64,000 nt of DNA from an uncultured Actinomycetes bacterium (GCA_963782465.1 CAWAJR010000007.1:279558-343557); one strand, 5' to 3'; numbered from the stretch's first letter, positions 1 to 10,055 are shown. Notes: generated from the letters alone by a model not told the origin. Program-made: numbers and translations.

Positions 1-125
1 TCGTCGCCCGCGCGCCCGAACTCGGTCGCCAGCCGCGCCGCCACCGAACGCACCTGCGCGTCGTACCGCTCCGAAGACACCGGCGAGGAACCTGCCACCG
101 CCCCCTGCGCCACCTCGCCCGCCAT
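1..125 (-). CDS. hypothetical protein, N-terminal fragment (gene runs off the window start)
   Basis: ATG at 125 (inside CCATGG) opens the frame MAGEVAQGAVAGSSPVSSERYDAQVRSVAARLATEFGRAGD, which stays open to position 1. No domain recognised and no clear SD. Confidence 0.3.
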   Translation of the reverse strand, partial: MAGEVAQGAVAGSSPVSSERYDAQVRSVAARLATEFGRAGD

Positions 126-215
126 GGCCCGAGAACCTAGGCGCGCGGTCACCGAAGATGCGAGTGGGCACCGGTGAACATCACGTAAACGGGCCGCGGC
201 CGCCGGTGCTCGCCG

Positions 216-602
216 TCAGGTCGAGCGGTGTTCCTGGGTGCGCACCCAGGTGATGAAGTCGATCTCGTCGCCCGGCCCGCGGGCGGCCACGAACTGCCGG
301 GCCCAGTCGTCGATCTCGTCATCGCTGAAACCCTGCTTGCGCAGATCGTCGCGAGCTTCGTTGGCCACCTCGTGCATCGGTTCGACGTCGGAGATGTCGA
401 CCTCCACCGGTTCGAGGCCCAGGTCGGCCGGGTCGAGCGGGACGAGCGCGCTCGAACCCGCCGGGGCTTCCCGTACCTGCTCGAGGCGATCGATGTCGGC
501 TCGGGTCAACGCGAGGCGGAGTTCGTCGTCGTTGCGGTCGAGCACATCGCGAACGACGATTGCAATCCGCACGCCCGGGTGCTGGTCGTCGACCACCCAC
601 AC
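216..602 (-). CDS. hypothetical acidic protein (128 aa)
   Basis: ORF-track frame with G/C-rich third codon positions and an ordinary acidic composition. The overlapping plus-strand ORFs look like Arg/Pro/Gly-rich shadow frames. No family recognised. Confidence 0.55.
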   Translation of the reverse strand: MWVVDDQHPGVRIAIVVRDVLDRNDDELRLALTRADIDRLEQVREAPAGSSALVPLDPADLGLEPVEVDISDVEPMHEVANEARDDLRKQGFSDDEIDDWARQFVAARGPGDEIDFITWVRTQEHRST

Positions 603-810
603 GTGGGTCGCGGTCGTGCCGTCGGGCCGACGACCACCCCCGACACCCGGCCGACGGGTTCGCGATCACGGTCAACGACGATGGTTCCTGTTTTGACGTC
701 CACGGCATGAATTGTTCCCCATGCGGCGCGTACCAACCACCTCGGGCGAGCCGCGTGCTTCGGCCCGATCCGGCTGGCACAATCACCGCTCGCCTCTGGG
801 GGGAGGACCC

Positions 811-1575
811 ATGGTCACGATGAGCCGTCGTCTCGCTGCCGAGTTCATCGGCACGTTCTGGCTGGTTCTGGGAGGTTGCGGTGCCGCGGTCATGGCGGCG
901 GCCTTCCAACCCAGAACGAACCTCGGGATCGGTTTGTTGGGCGTCGCACTGGCCTTCGGCCTCAGCGTGCTCACCGGCGCGTACGCATTCGGGCACATCT
1001 CCGGTGGCCATTTCAACCCGGCGGTGACGATCGGGTTGTGGCTGTCGCGCCGCGTCGAGTCGCGCGCCGTGCTGCCCTACATCGTCACCCAGGTCGTCGG
1101 CGCGATCGCGGCGGCCGGTGTGCTCGCGGTCATCGCGAACGGCGCGCCCGGTTTCGATGTGAAGGCCAGCGGCTTGGCCGCGAACGGGTTCGCCGATCAC
1201 TCACCCGGTCACTACACCGCGACCTCCGCGTTCGTCGCGGAGCTGGTACTCACCGCGATCTTCGTCCTCGTGATCCTCGGAGTCACCGCCCGGCCCGCGC
1301 CCATCGCGTTCGCGCCGCTGACCATCGGTTTCGCGCTCACGCTGATCCATTTGATCTCGATCCCGGTGACGAACACCTCCGTGAACCCGGCTCGCTCCAC
1401 CGGCCCCGCGGTCTTCGTCGGCGGTTGGGCGGTGCAGGAACTGTGGATGTTCTGGCTCGCGCCGATCCTCGGCGGTATCGCGGGCGCGCTCATCTACCGG
1501 TTCGTCGCGACACCACCGATCGACGCCACGACCGAGGCGCGTCCGGTCGCGCCGGTCGACGATCCGCTCCTGTAG
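811..1575 (+). CDS. aqpZ: aquaporin Z (MIP family water channel)
   Basis: Two NPA boxes (GGHFNPAVT and [11 protein letters not shown]) and six hydrophobic segments. ATG 811 follows a GGGGGAGGA SD. The part of the ORF starting at 712 does not look like aquaporin sequence. Confidence 0.9.
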   Translation: MVTMSRRLAAEFIGTFWLVLGGCGAAVMAAAFQPRTNLGIGLLGVALAFGLSVLTGAYAFGHISGGHFNPAVTIGLWLSRRVESRAVLPYIVTQVVGAIAAAGVLAVIANGAPGFDVKASGLAANGFADHSPGHYTATSAFVAELVLTAIFVLVILGVTARPAPIAFAPLTIGFALTLIHLISIPVTNTSVNPARSTGPAVFVGGWAVQELWMFWLAPILGGIAGALIYRFVATPPIDATTEARPVAPVDDPLL

Positions 1576-1612
1576 TACCGAGCGGGGTGCCGCGGCGTGG
1601 CACACTCGCTGC

Positions 1613-3431
1613 GTGCCGGGGCGCATCGAGGACTATGCCGTCATCGGCGACACACACACCGCCGCCCTGATCGCGCGCGACGGTTCGATCGACTGGTGGT
1701 GCGTGCCCCGCTTCGATTCGGGCGCGTGCTTTGCCGCCCTGCTCGGCACCCCCGAACACGGCCGGTGGCTCGTCGCGCCCGCGGGCGACGTGTTGTCGGT
1801 CGAGCGGCGCTACCGGAACGAGACGTTGATCCTCGAGACGGAGTTCCGAACCGCGACCGGGAAGGTCCGCGTCGTCGACTGCATGCCGCCGCGCACGAAA
1901 CATCCCGACATCGTGCGCGTTGTCGAAGGCGTCGAAGGACGTGTCGACATGCGTATGGAACTCGTCACGCGGTTCGAGTACGGATCGATCGTGCCCTGGG
2001 TCGAAACCCTCGACGGCACACTGCGCGCGATCGCCGGCCGACGCGATCGCGTTGAGAACACCGGTACACACCCGCGGCGCCGGTTACACGACCGTCGCCG
2101 ACTTCACCGTCGCGGAAGGGGAGTGGGTTCCCTTCACGCTCACGTGGTACCCGTCGCACCAGGAGCCGCCGACACCGATCGACCCCCTGGAAGCGTTGGA
2201 AACCACCACCCGTTGGTGGACGACGTGGGCGGCACGCTGCCAGTACGAAGGCGAATGGCGCGACGCGGTGGTGCGCAGCCTCATCACGTTGAAAGCCCTT
2301 ACGTACGCGCCGACCGGCGGCATCCTCGCCGCGATCACGACGTCGTTACCGGAAGAACTCGGGGGTGTGCGTAACTGGGACTACCGGTACTGCTGGCTGC
2401 GAGACGCCACCTTCACGCTGTACGCGCTGATGATGGGCGGTTACGTGGCCGAAGCGCGCGCCTGGCGCGAGTGGTTGCTGCGGGCGGTTGCGGGCACGCC
2501 GGGCAGCCTCCAGATCATGTACGGAGTCGGGGGCGAGCGGCGGCTCACCGAACTCGAACTCGACTGGCTCCCCGGGTACGAAGGTTCGAAACCGGTTCGC
2601 GTCGGGAACGCGGCATCGGAACAACTGCAGCTCGACGTCTTCGGCGAAGTGATGGACGCCCTCTACCAGTCGCACCGGGTCGGTATCGGCCCGGAACCTC
2701 GCGCGTGGGCGGTGCAGCTCGCGTTGATGGACTACCTCGAGGCGAACTGGCAGGAACCCGACGAGGGGATCTGGGAAGTGCGCGGCCCGCGCCGGCAGTT
2801 CACGCACTCGAAGGTGATGGCGTGGGTTGCCGCCGACCGCGCGGTGCGCACGATCGAGGAGATCGGGCTCGACGGGCCCGTCGACCGGTGGCGCGAACTG
2901 CGTCGAGCGATCCACGAGCAGGTCTGCACGGAGGGGTTCGACGCGAAGCGCAACACGTTCACGCAGTACTACGGGTCGACAACGCTCGACGCGAGCGTGT
3001 TGATGATCCCGATCGTCGGTTTCCTGCCGGTCGACGACGCACGAGTGGTCGGGACCGTTGCCGCGATCGAACGCGAACTGATGCACGACGGCTTCGTGCT
3101 GCGCTACCAGAACGACCCCGACGTCGACGGGCTCCCGGGACAGGAAGGCGCGTTCCTCGCCTGCACGTTCTGGCTCGCCGACTACTACGCGATCGCGGGG
3201 CGCGACGAGGAGGCCCGCGCGCTGTTCGAGCGGCTGCTCGAACTGCGCAACGACGTCGGGTTGCTGGCCGAGGAATACGACCCACGCTCGCAACGCCAGC
3301 TCGGCAACTTCCCCCAAGCCCTGTCGCACATCCCGCTCGTCAACACGGCGCTCAACCTGTCGGGCATCACCGGGCCGGCCGCCCGCCGCCGTCCCGACAG
3401 CGGCCCGTCGACGTTCGTCGCGCCGGAGTGA
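1613..3431 (+). pseudogene. glycoside hydrolase family 15 (glucoamylase/trehalase-like), frameshifted as assembled
   Basis: The N-terminal part (frame of 1613: MPGRIEDYAVIGDTHTAALIARDGSIDWWCVPRFDSGACF) and the catalytic part (frame of 1920: GGVRNWDYRYCWLRDATFTLYAL ... EEYDP ... GNFPQALSH) are both typical GH15 sequence but lie in different frames. The switch falls between RAIAG and DAIALRTPV at about 2036-2042 (1 nt extra or 2 nt missing). Confidence 0.85.
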
Positions 3432-3495
3432 TCCGCCGCCGCCCGCGTTGCGAATCTTCCCCGATGCCAACGGGCGACCGGGAAGGTGAGGCGAA

Positions 3496-4071
3496 GTGAC
3501 GACCGATGCCGAGATGATGCAGCGGGTCCTCGACGAGACGAGGCGGGTGGTCGGCGGTATCAGCCCGTCGCAGCTGACCCTGCCGACGCCGTGCACGGAG
3601 TGGGACGTGCGGGCGTTGCTGAACCACATCACGGGTGGCGCGGAGATGTTCGCGACCTGTGTCGACGAAGGAAGTATCAGCGACGATCGCCTCGTGGAGC
3701 TCACGACGGGCGACAACCTCGGTTCCGACTACGAGGCCGCCTTCGACCTTGCCGCCAAGCGCGCGATGACGGCGTTCGGGCAACCCGGCGCCGCCGGCAA
3801 GATCGTGAAGCTCCCGTTCGGCGAGATGCCGGCCGGTGTCGCGCTGCGGATCGCGATCTTCGACGTCGCCGTACACGCGCTCGACCTCGCGGTCGCGAGC
3901 GGGCAGAGCACCGCGCTCGACCCGGAGATGCTCGCGGCCGCGCTCGCTATCGGGCGCCAGATGATCGGCCCCGACATGCGTGGCGAGCACCTCTTCGACG
4001 ACGAGGTCGCCGTCTCACCCGATGCCCCCGTGCCCGACCAACTCCTCGCCTTCGCCGGCCGCCGGTCCTAG
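3496..4071 (+). CDS. TIGR03086-type / DinB-like (mycothiol maleylpyruvate isomerase N-terminal domain) metal-binding protein
   Basis: The N-terminus PSQLTLPTPCTEWDVRALLNHITGG matches the family pattern PTPCxxWxvrdLxxH. GTG 3496 follows GGAAGGTGAGG. Confidence 0.7.
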   Translation: MTTDAEMMQRVLDETRRVVGGISPSQLTLPTPCTEWDVRALLNHITGGAEMFATCVDEGSISDDRLVELTTGDNLGSDYEAAFDLAAKRAMTAFGQPGAAGKIVKLPFGEMPAGVALRIAIFDVAVHALDLAVASGQSTALDPEMLAAALAIGRQMIGPDMRGEHLFDDEVAVSPDAPVPDQLLAFAGRRS

Positions 4072-4077
4072 CCACAT

Positions 4078-4114
4078 GCGTCGATAGCTAGCGCATAGCG
4101 CTAGCTATCGACGC
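4078..4114. repeat. family-1 palindromic intergenic element, copy 1 (probable bidirectional terminator hairpin)
   Basis: GCGTCGATAGCTAGCGC-ATA-GCGCTAGCTATCGACGC has perfect 17-bp arms. It lies between convergent stop codons (4071 and 4122). The left 13 nt plus the CCACxT flank recur at 38188. Confidence 0.8.
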
Positions 4115-4121
4115 ACGTCGG

Positions 4122-5370
4122 TCACGAGATGGTGCCGGTGGCGCGGAGGTCGGTGAGTTCCTGATCGGTGAGGCCGAGCTCGGCGCGGAGGACGGCTTCG
4201 GTGTGCTCGCCGACGCACGGCGGTTCGGTTTCAGGCCCTTCGGCGGTTTTCGACATCTTGATCGGGTTGCCGGGGATCAGGACCGGTTCCTCGACGCCGT
4301 CGGTGCGCGGCAACTCGACGAGCATGTTGCGCATCGCGACGTGGGGATCGTCGATCACGTCGGCCGCGGTGTTCGACGGGCCGGCCGCGATTCCCGGCGC
4401 GTGCCAGTTCGTCGGCGGCCTCGAGTTTGGTCTTGGCCTTCGCCCACGACTCGATCGCGGGCCGGATGACATCGTCGAGATGCACTCGCCAGCCTTCACG
4501 GGTGGCGAAGCGTTCGTCGTGCAACCATTCCGGGTGCCCGACGATGTTCGCGAGCCGCTCGAATTGGTGCTCGCGCCCGACTTGCACGATGAACCAACCG
4601 TCGCTCGCGCGGAACCCGTCCATGATGAGCAGCGGACCAAGCCCGCCGGGCCGCAGGCCCATCGACCAGAAGTTCACGACGAGGTCGGCCATCGCGACCA
4701 TCGCGTCGTACATCGCAACGTCGATGTACTGGCCCTCACCCGTGCGGTCGCGGTGGCGGAGCGCGGCGAGGATGCCGACCGCGCCGAACATCGACGAGCC
4801 GATGTCGCCCAGCGCACCGGCCGGGCCGACGAGCGGCGGATTGTCGCCGATGCGCTTGTACTCGTAGAGCCCCGACATGGCTTCGGCGATCGGTGCGTAC
4901 GCGGGCCACGCGTCGTACGGCGACGACGTGGTGTTCCCGAAACCCGACACCGACAGGTAAACGACACCCGGGTGCACGGCCGCGACGTCGTCGTAGCCGA
5001 GGCCGAGCTTGCGCAGCGCGCCGGCCTTGAAGTTCTCGGCGAACACGTCGAAGTGCGGCGCGAGCCGGAGCACCAGGGCGCGGCCCTCGGGCTGCTTCAG
5101 GTCGATGCCGAGACTGCGCTTGTCGAGGTTGTTGCGCAGGAACGTCGCCCCGGCTCGCTTGCCGGCCCGGTCGATCATCGCCGGGAGGGCGCCGCGTCCC
5201 GACTCGCCGCCGACCGGGTGCTCGACCTTGACGACATCGGCACCGAGCCGCGCGAGCAGCTGCGTCGCGAAGGGGAGCGCCTGCATCTGTTCGAGCGCCA
5301 GGATGCGCACCCCGTCGAGGGGCTTGCCGTGGCCGATGGCCTGCTCGTTCGCGATGTCGCCGACGCGCAC
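4122..5370 (-). pseudogene. family III CoA-transferase (CaiB/BaiF type), frameshifted as assembled
   Basis: PLDGVRILALEQMQALPFATQLLARLGADVVKVE ... FAENFKAGALRKLGLGYDD is classic family III sequence. The C-terminal about 90 aa (IAAGPSNTAADVIDDPHVAMRNMLVE ...) continue in the frame of ORF 4122-4640. The junction ELARAG / IAAGP falls at about 4391-4392 (one extra A/T). The GTG start at 5370 lies 4 nt after GGAGG. Confidence 0.85.
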
Positions 5371-5522
5371 GGAACCTCCAGAAGCTGCGAGAGGAACATG
5401 TTCTAGCCGTCCTCCTAGACTGACGGCGACGTCAGATTGCCCAGGCCCACGGACAAGACCGGGCAAAGGTGTGGTGAGCGATCGCGGCGAGCGAACTCAC
5501 CGGCGGTGAGAAAGCGGAGGAC

Positions 5523-6929
5523 ATGCGAGGGATCATCAGCGCGGGGGGTTACCTGCCGTACCGGAGGCTCGACCGGTCCGAAATCGCCAAGGTCATCGGC
5601 ACGGGCGGTGGGCGGGGCACCCGCACGGTGGCTTCGTACGACGAAGACACCACGACGATGGCGGTCGAAGCCGCCCGTTTCGCCCTGCGGGGTGCGGGCA
5701 CGGCCCGCCCCGAGCTGTTGCTGTTCTCGACGGTCGCACCGGCCTACCTCGACAAGACGAACGCCACCACCGTGCACGCGGCGCTCCGCCTCGACGAGGA
5801 CGTGACCGCGCTCGATGTGAACGGTTCCGTGCGTTCCGCGCTCGGTGCGCTGCAACTCGCGCTCCAGGGCCGGCAACCCACGCTCGTAGTCGCTTCCGAC
5901 GTGCGCACCGGCCTGCCGGGGAGCGGCGACGAGGCGAGCCAGGGCGACGCGGCTGCGGCGCTTCTCGTCGGCGACGATTCCGACGGCGCGGTGATCGCCG
6001 AGTACCTCGGCGGCGCGTCGGCCACCGAGGAATTCCTCGATCGGTGGCGCGTGCCCGGCGATCTCCGTTCGAAGATCTGGGAAGAGCGCTTCGGCGAAAC
6101 GAAATACGTGCCGCTCGGTGAGCACGCGTGGAAGCGGGCCCTCGACGCGGCCGGCGTCGGCGTCGGCGACGTTTCGCGCGTCCTCGTCGTGAGTTCGCAT
6201 GCCCGCGCCGCCCGTTCGCTCACGCCGCGTCTCGGAACTGCGAAAGACATCTTGGGCGACGACCTTGCCGCCACCGTCGGCTTCACCGGCTCGGCTCATC
6301 CCGCACTCGTGCTCACCGCCGCGCTCGAAAGCGCGAAGCCGGGCGACGTGATCGCGCTGGTCGTCCTGGCCGACGGCGCCGACGTGTTGTTCTTCCGGGC
6401 CACCGACGCGATCACGTCGTACCGCCCGGCTCGTACGGTTGCCGTCCAACTCGAATCGGGCGCGCCGCTCCCGTACGGCAAGTTCCTGTCGTGGCGGGGC
6501 ATGTTGCCGATCGAGCCACCCCGCCGCCCGGAACCCGACCGCATCTCTGCCGCGGTCACCGGCCGCACCGAGCACTACAAGTACGGGTTCGTCGGTTCGC
6601 GCGACCACGAAAGTGGCGCGTTGCACCTGCCTCCGGCGCGCGTGTCGCGGGTCGGTGGCGCGCAAGACGACATGGAAGCGGTGCCGATGGCCGACGTCAT
6701 CGGCACCATCGCGACGGTCACCATCGACCGGATCGCGTACTCGCCGAGCCCCCCGATCGTGTTCGCGATCGTCGACTTCGAAGACGGCGGCCGGCTCCCG
6801 GTGGAACTCACCGATGTCGACGCGTCGCAACTGCAGATGGGCGACAAGGTCGAGATGACGTTCCGCCGCCTGTTCGCCGCCGACGGCATCCAGAATTACT
6901 TTTGGAAAGCGCGCCCAGTGCGCGGTTAG
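5523..6929 (+). CDS. HMG-CoA synthase-like condensing enzyme fused to a DUF35 OB-fold/Zn-ribbon domain
   Basis: The N-terminal roughly 340 aa resemble the thiolase-fold HMGCS-like family (MRGIISAGGYLPYRRL ... ASYDEDTTTMAVEAA). The C-terminal roughly 120 aa resemble DUF35 (GTIATVTIDRIAYSPSPPIVFAIVDFEDGGRL ... GDKVEMTF). ATG follows GGAGG. Confidence 0.7.
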   Translation: MRGIISAGGYLPYRRLDRSEIAKVIGTGGGRGTRTVASYDEDTTTMAVEAARFALRGAGTARPELLLFSTVAPAYLDKTNATTVHAALRLDEDVTALDVNGSVRSALGALQLALQGRQPTLVVASDVRTGLPGSGDEASQGDAAAALLVGDDSDGAVIAEYLGGASATEEFLDRWRVPGDLRSKIWEERFGETKYVPLGEHAWKRALDAAGVGVGDVSRVLVVSSHARAARSLTPRLGTAKDILGDDLAATVGFTGSAHPALVLTAALESAKPGDVIALVVLADGADVLFFRATDAITSYRPARTVAVQLESGAPLPYGKFLSWRGMLPIEPPRRPEPDRISAAVTGRTEHYKYGFVGSRDHESGALHLPPARVSRVGGAQDDMEAVPMADVIGTIATVTIDRIAYSPSPPIVFAIVDFEDGGRLPVELTDVDASQLQMGDKVEMTFRRLFAADGIQNYFWKARPVRG

Positions 6930-6941
6930 GAGAGCATTCAC

Positions 6942-8144
6942 GTGAGTTCTCATGGGATCAAGGACCGGGTCGCGATCGTCGGTATGGGCTGCACGCCCTT
7001 CGGCGAACACTGGGACAAGGGCACCGACGACCTCCTGATCGACGCGTCGACCGAAGCGTTCGCCTCGGCGGGGGTCACGAAAGACGATGTCGACGCGTAC
7101 TGGCTGGGTACCGCGATGTCGGGAATGAGCGGCATGACGCTCGCGCGGCCCCTCCAGCTGGTCGGCAAGCCGGTGACGCGAGTCGAGAACTTCTGCGCGA
7201 CGGGGGCCGAAGCGTTGCGCGGTGCGGCCTACGCGGTCGCGTCGGGCGCGTACGACGTCGCGATGGCGATCGGCGTCGAAAAGGTGAAGGACAGTGGCTA
7301 CCAGGGCCTGGTCGGCGCGGCGAAGACCCCGACCGACGGCACGAACCGTACGCTCACGGCGGCCGCGATGTTCGCGATGTGCGTGCCGGCCTACGGCAAG
7401 AAGTACGGCGTCACCGACGACGAGATGCGCCAGGTGCTCGCGCACATCGCGCAGAAGAACCACTTCAACGGTGCTCGCAACCCGCGCGCGCAGTTCCGCA
7501 AGGAAATCAGCTACGACACGATCTGCAACGCCCCGCTGATGGCCGGCGGGCTCGGCGTGTACGACTGCTCCGGTGTCGCCGACGGTTCGGCCGCGCTGAT
7601 CGTCGTGCGCGCCGAGGACGCGCACCGGTACACCGACAAGCCGCTCTACGTGAAGGCGCTCTCCTTCGTCGCCGGGAACTGCAGCGGCAACGCCGACCCG
7701 AACTACGACTACACGTGGTTCCCCGAGATCTACATGAGCGCGCAGGACGCGTACCAGCAGGCCGGTGTGACCGACCCGCGCAACCAGATCGCGATGGCGG
7801 AGGTGCACGACTGCTTCACGCCCGCCGAGTTGCTCATCATGGAAGACCTCGGCTTCGCCGAGCGCGGCACCGCGTGGAAGGAAGAGCTCGCAGGCACCTT
7901 CGACTTGCACGGCGACCTGCCGGTGAACCCCGACGGCGGCTTGAAGTCGTTCGGTCACCCCGTTGGTGCGAGCGGTCTCCGCATGGTGTTCGAAGCCTGG
8001 TTGCAGATGCGCGGCGAAGCGGGGCCCGACCGCCAGATCGACACCGCGACCGACGGCAAGCTCGCGCTCACGCACAACCTCGGCGGGTACCCGGGCGAGA
8101 TGGTGAGTTTCGTCTCGATCACCGGTACGGAACTCGACGCGTAA
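6942..8144 (+). CDS. thiolase, SCP2/nonspecific lipid-transfer type
   Basis: VAIVGMGCTPFGEHW ... NFCATGAEALR ... AEVHDCFT ... SFGHPVGASG are thiolase active-site regions. It lies 12 nt after the preceding gene, with an AGGAGAG SD. Confidence 0.85.
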   Translation: MSSHGIKDRVAIVGMGCTPFGEHWDKGTDDLLIDASTEAFASAGVTKDDVDAYWLGTAMSGMSGMTLARPLQLVGKPVTRVENFCATGAEALRGAAYAVASGAYDVAMAIGVEKVKDSGYQGLVGAAKTPTDGTNRTLTAAAMFAMCVPAYGKKYGVTDDEMRQVLAHIAQKNHFNGARNPRAQFRKEISYDTICNAPLMAGGLGVYDCSGVADGSAALIVVRAEDAHRYTDKPLYVKALSFVAGNCSGNADPNYDYTWFPEIYMSAQDAYQQAGVTDPRNQIAMAEVHDCFTPAELLIMEDLGFAERGTAWKEELAGTFDLHGDLPVNPDGGLKSFGHPVGASGLRMVFEAWLQMRGEAGPDRQIDTATDGKLALTHNLGGYPGEMVSFVSITGTELDA

Positions 8145-8184
8145 ACCACGGCGCACGCCCGAACGCGACGTCGTCGCCCTTGGG

Positions 8185-9786
8185 TTGATCGCGGCGGCCT
8201 ACGCGATCGCACAAGTCGTCAGCACCGGTGTGCACCGCTTCGTCAGTTGGGACGAGGCGGTGTACCTGTCGAAGGCGACACCGTCGATCGCGAACGCGCG
8301 CTGGGACCCGTCGCGGGCTCTCGGCCTCCCGTGGCTCCTCGCCCCGGTCGCGATCGCGACCCGTGGCGGCATCGTGGCGATGCGCATCTGGTTGCTGGCG
8401 TTGACGTCGGTCGGGCTGTTCGGTGCGTTCCGGGCCTGGCGGCGCGTCTTCGGTGCCGCGATGCTGGTCGGCGCCGCGCTCTTCGCGGGGAGCTGGCTCG
8501 CGCTCTTCTTCGGTACCGAGGCCTACCCGAACCTGTTGTTCGCGTTCGCTGCAGCGGCCGGCGCGGGCTGGTGCACCAGCACGCTGGTCGACGACGATCC
8601 GCCGCGCCGATGGTCGGGCTGGTGTGCCCTGTGCTTCGCGGTCGCGGCGACGATCCGGCCGACCGACGCCACGTTGATCTTCGCCGGTCTCGCGCTGGTC
8701 GCGCTCGCCGGCCGGCGCCGCCACGCCATCGTCCCGCTGCTGGTCGCGCTGGCCGGGCTCGCGGCCGGTTGGTCGGTTTGGATCATCGAGGCGTACGCGA
8801 GTTTCGGGAGCCCTCAACGGCGATGGCAGGACGCGTTCGGTCATGTTGCCGGCCAACCGTTGAGCAAGTTCGTCGACACGACCGCGCTGGTCCCACTCGC
8901 GACGTCGTTCTCGTCGCACCGTGTGCTGGTGGTGTTCGCGTGGTGGGCCGCGATCGTCGTGTCGGTCGCGGCGGGCGTCGTTGTCGGGGTCAGGCGGCGC
9001 GCCGGGTTCGGTGCGATCGCGCCGATCGGTGCCGCGGCCCCGCTCCTCGTCGCGTACCTCGTGTTCCCCTCCGACGGTGAGGCGCGGTTCTTGCTCCCGG
9101 TGTACGTGTTGTTCGCACTTCCGGCGGCCCGCGCGCTCGTCACGTTGTTCGCACGCTCGAAGACGGCAACGGCCGCTCGCCTGGTGCTCGTGCCGACCGT
9201 CGTGTTGCTCGTCGTGTCGGCCGGTGGGTTGTTCGCGTGGGATGTGCACACCGCCGCGCTTGCGAGCAACGGGCAGCAACGATCCGGTTTGGTCACCGTC
9301 GCCGCCGGGCGGGAAGTCGCGCGGCTGGCCGGCGGTCACCCGTGCCGGATCGGCAGCCAGTTCAATGTGCCCGGCGTGGCAATCGCGTCGGGCTGTGCCA
9401 CCGAGCTCGTGCGCTTCGACCAACCGGGGTCGCTCCCGTCGTGGTGGAGCGATCGAAACGTGTACTTCGTCGGTCGCTACGACCCGACGATCGGTTCGCC
9501 GTTGCGCACTTGGCATGCGATCCGCGTCCGCGTCGCACCGGGCTTGCACGTGACCGTGTACGAGAACGCAGGCGAGATACCCGTTTCGCTGCTTCGACGT
9601 GCGGGTATTTCGCGATCGTCCGTACGCGAGCGATCTTCGGGGGTCTCGTGCCGAATACGCTCGAACGTCGATTTGACGCAACGGACGAAGCTCCCCGGAT
9701 GGCCCGGTCGTTCATGCGCGACGCGTTGTTCGGCTTCGACACCGATCGCGTCGCGATCGCGGCGTTGCTTGCCAGCGAACTCGTGA
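8185..9786 (+). CDS. polytopic membrane glycosyltransferase-like protein (ArnT/PMT, GT39/83-like)
   Basis: About 12 hydrophobic segments, and a WDEAVY motif in the first loop that resembles the DExxY/F motif of ArnT/PMT enzymes. TTG start. The last about 46 codons overlap the next gene and look non-native, so the true 3' end is uncertain. Confidence 0.5.
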   Translation: MIAAAYAIAQVVSTGVHRFVSWDEAVYLSKATPSIANARWDPSRALGLPWLLAPVAIATRGGIVAMRIWLLALTSVGLFGAFRAWRRVFGAAMLVGAALFAGSWLALFFGTEAYPNLLFAFAAAAGAGWCTSTLVDDDPPRRWSGWCALCFAVAATIRPTDATLIFAGLALVALAGRRRHAIVPLLVALAGLAAGWSVWIIEAYASFGSPQRRWQDAFGHVAGQPLSKFVDTTALVPLATSFSSHRVLVVFAWWAAIVVSVAAGVVVGVRRRAGFGAIAPIGAAAPLLVAYLVFPSDGEARFLLPVYVLFALPAARALVTLFARSKTATAARLVLVPTVVLLVVSAGGLFAWDVHTAALASNGQQRSGLVTVAAGREVARLAGGHPCRIGSQFNVPGVAIASGCATELVRFDQPGSLPSWWSDRNVYFVGRYDPTIGSPLRTWHAIRVRVAPGLHVTVYENAGEIPVSLLRRAGISRSSVRERSSGVSCRIRSNVDLTQRTKLPGWPGRSCATRCSASTPIASRSRRCLPANS

Positions 9787-10055
9787 CGAACGCCGTTCGT
9801 CACGCCCACTCCGGGCTCACCGTCACCCTCGACTGGCGGACTTCGTGGTTGCGGGTTCAGGTGGCCGACGACGATCCGCACCCGCCGCGTCTCACACCGG
9901 CACCGGGCATCGACGGCGGGTTCGGCATGCGTCTCGTCGACTCGCTCGCGAACGATTGGGGCGTGAGAACGAGCACGTTCGGCAAGACCGTGTGGTTCGA
10001 CCTCGATCTCTCGGCGGCCAACGCGGGGAACGGGCACCGCACCTTCGGTCGGTAG
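9648..10055 (+). CDS. anti-sigma regulatory factor / RsbW-like serine kinase (HATPase_c)
   Basis: ARSFMRDAL ... ALLASELVTNAVRHA ... LRVQVADDDP ... GGFGMRLVDSLANDWGV is the typical RsbW/SpoIIAB-like small HATPase. The in-frame GTG 9648 follows GGGGG. Confidence 0.7.
   Translation: MPNTLERRFDATDEAPRMARSFMRDALFGFDTDRVAIAALLASELVTNAVRHAHSGLTVTLDWRTSWLRVQVADDDPHPPRLTPAPGIDGGFGMRLVDSLANDWGVRTSTFGKTVWFDLDLSAANAGNGHRTFGR

Noticed and set aside
775-780. TGGCAC motifs (also at 62738-62743) as sigma-54 promoters
   Set aside because: No GC/TTGC element occurs at the correct 5-nt spacing, and actinobacteria generally lack sigma-54.
5415-8156. 913-aa minus-strand ORF, and similar long antisense ORFs such as 2346-3716, 8119-9681, 24759-26870, 25774-27675, 41121-42041 and 59767-61791
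   Set aside because: These are shadow frames opposite well-supported genes. Their composition is dominated by Arg/Gly/Pro/Ala, and I recognise no family motifs.
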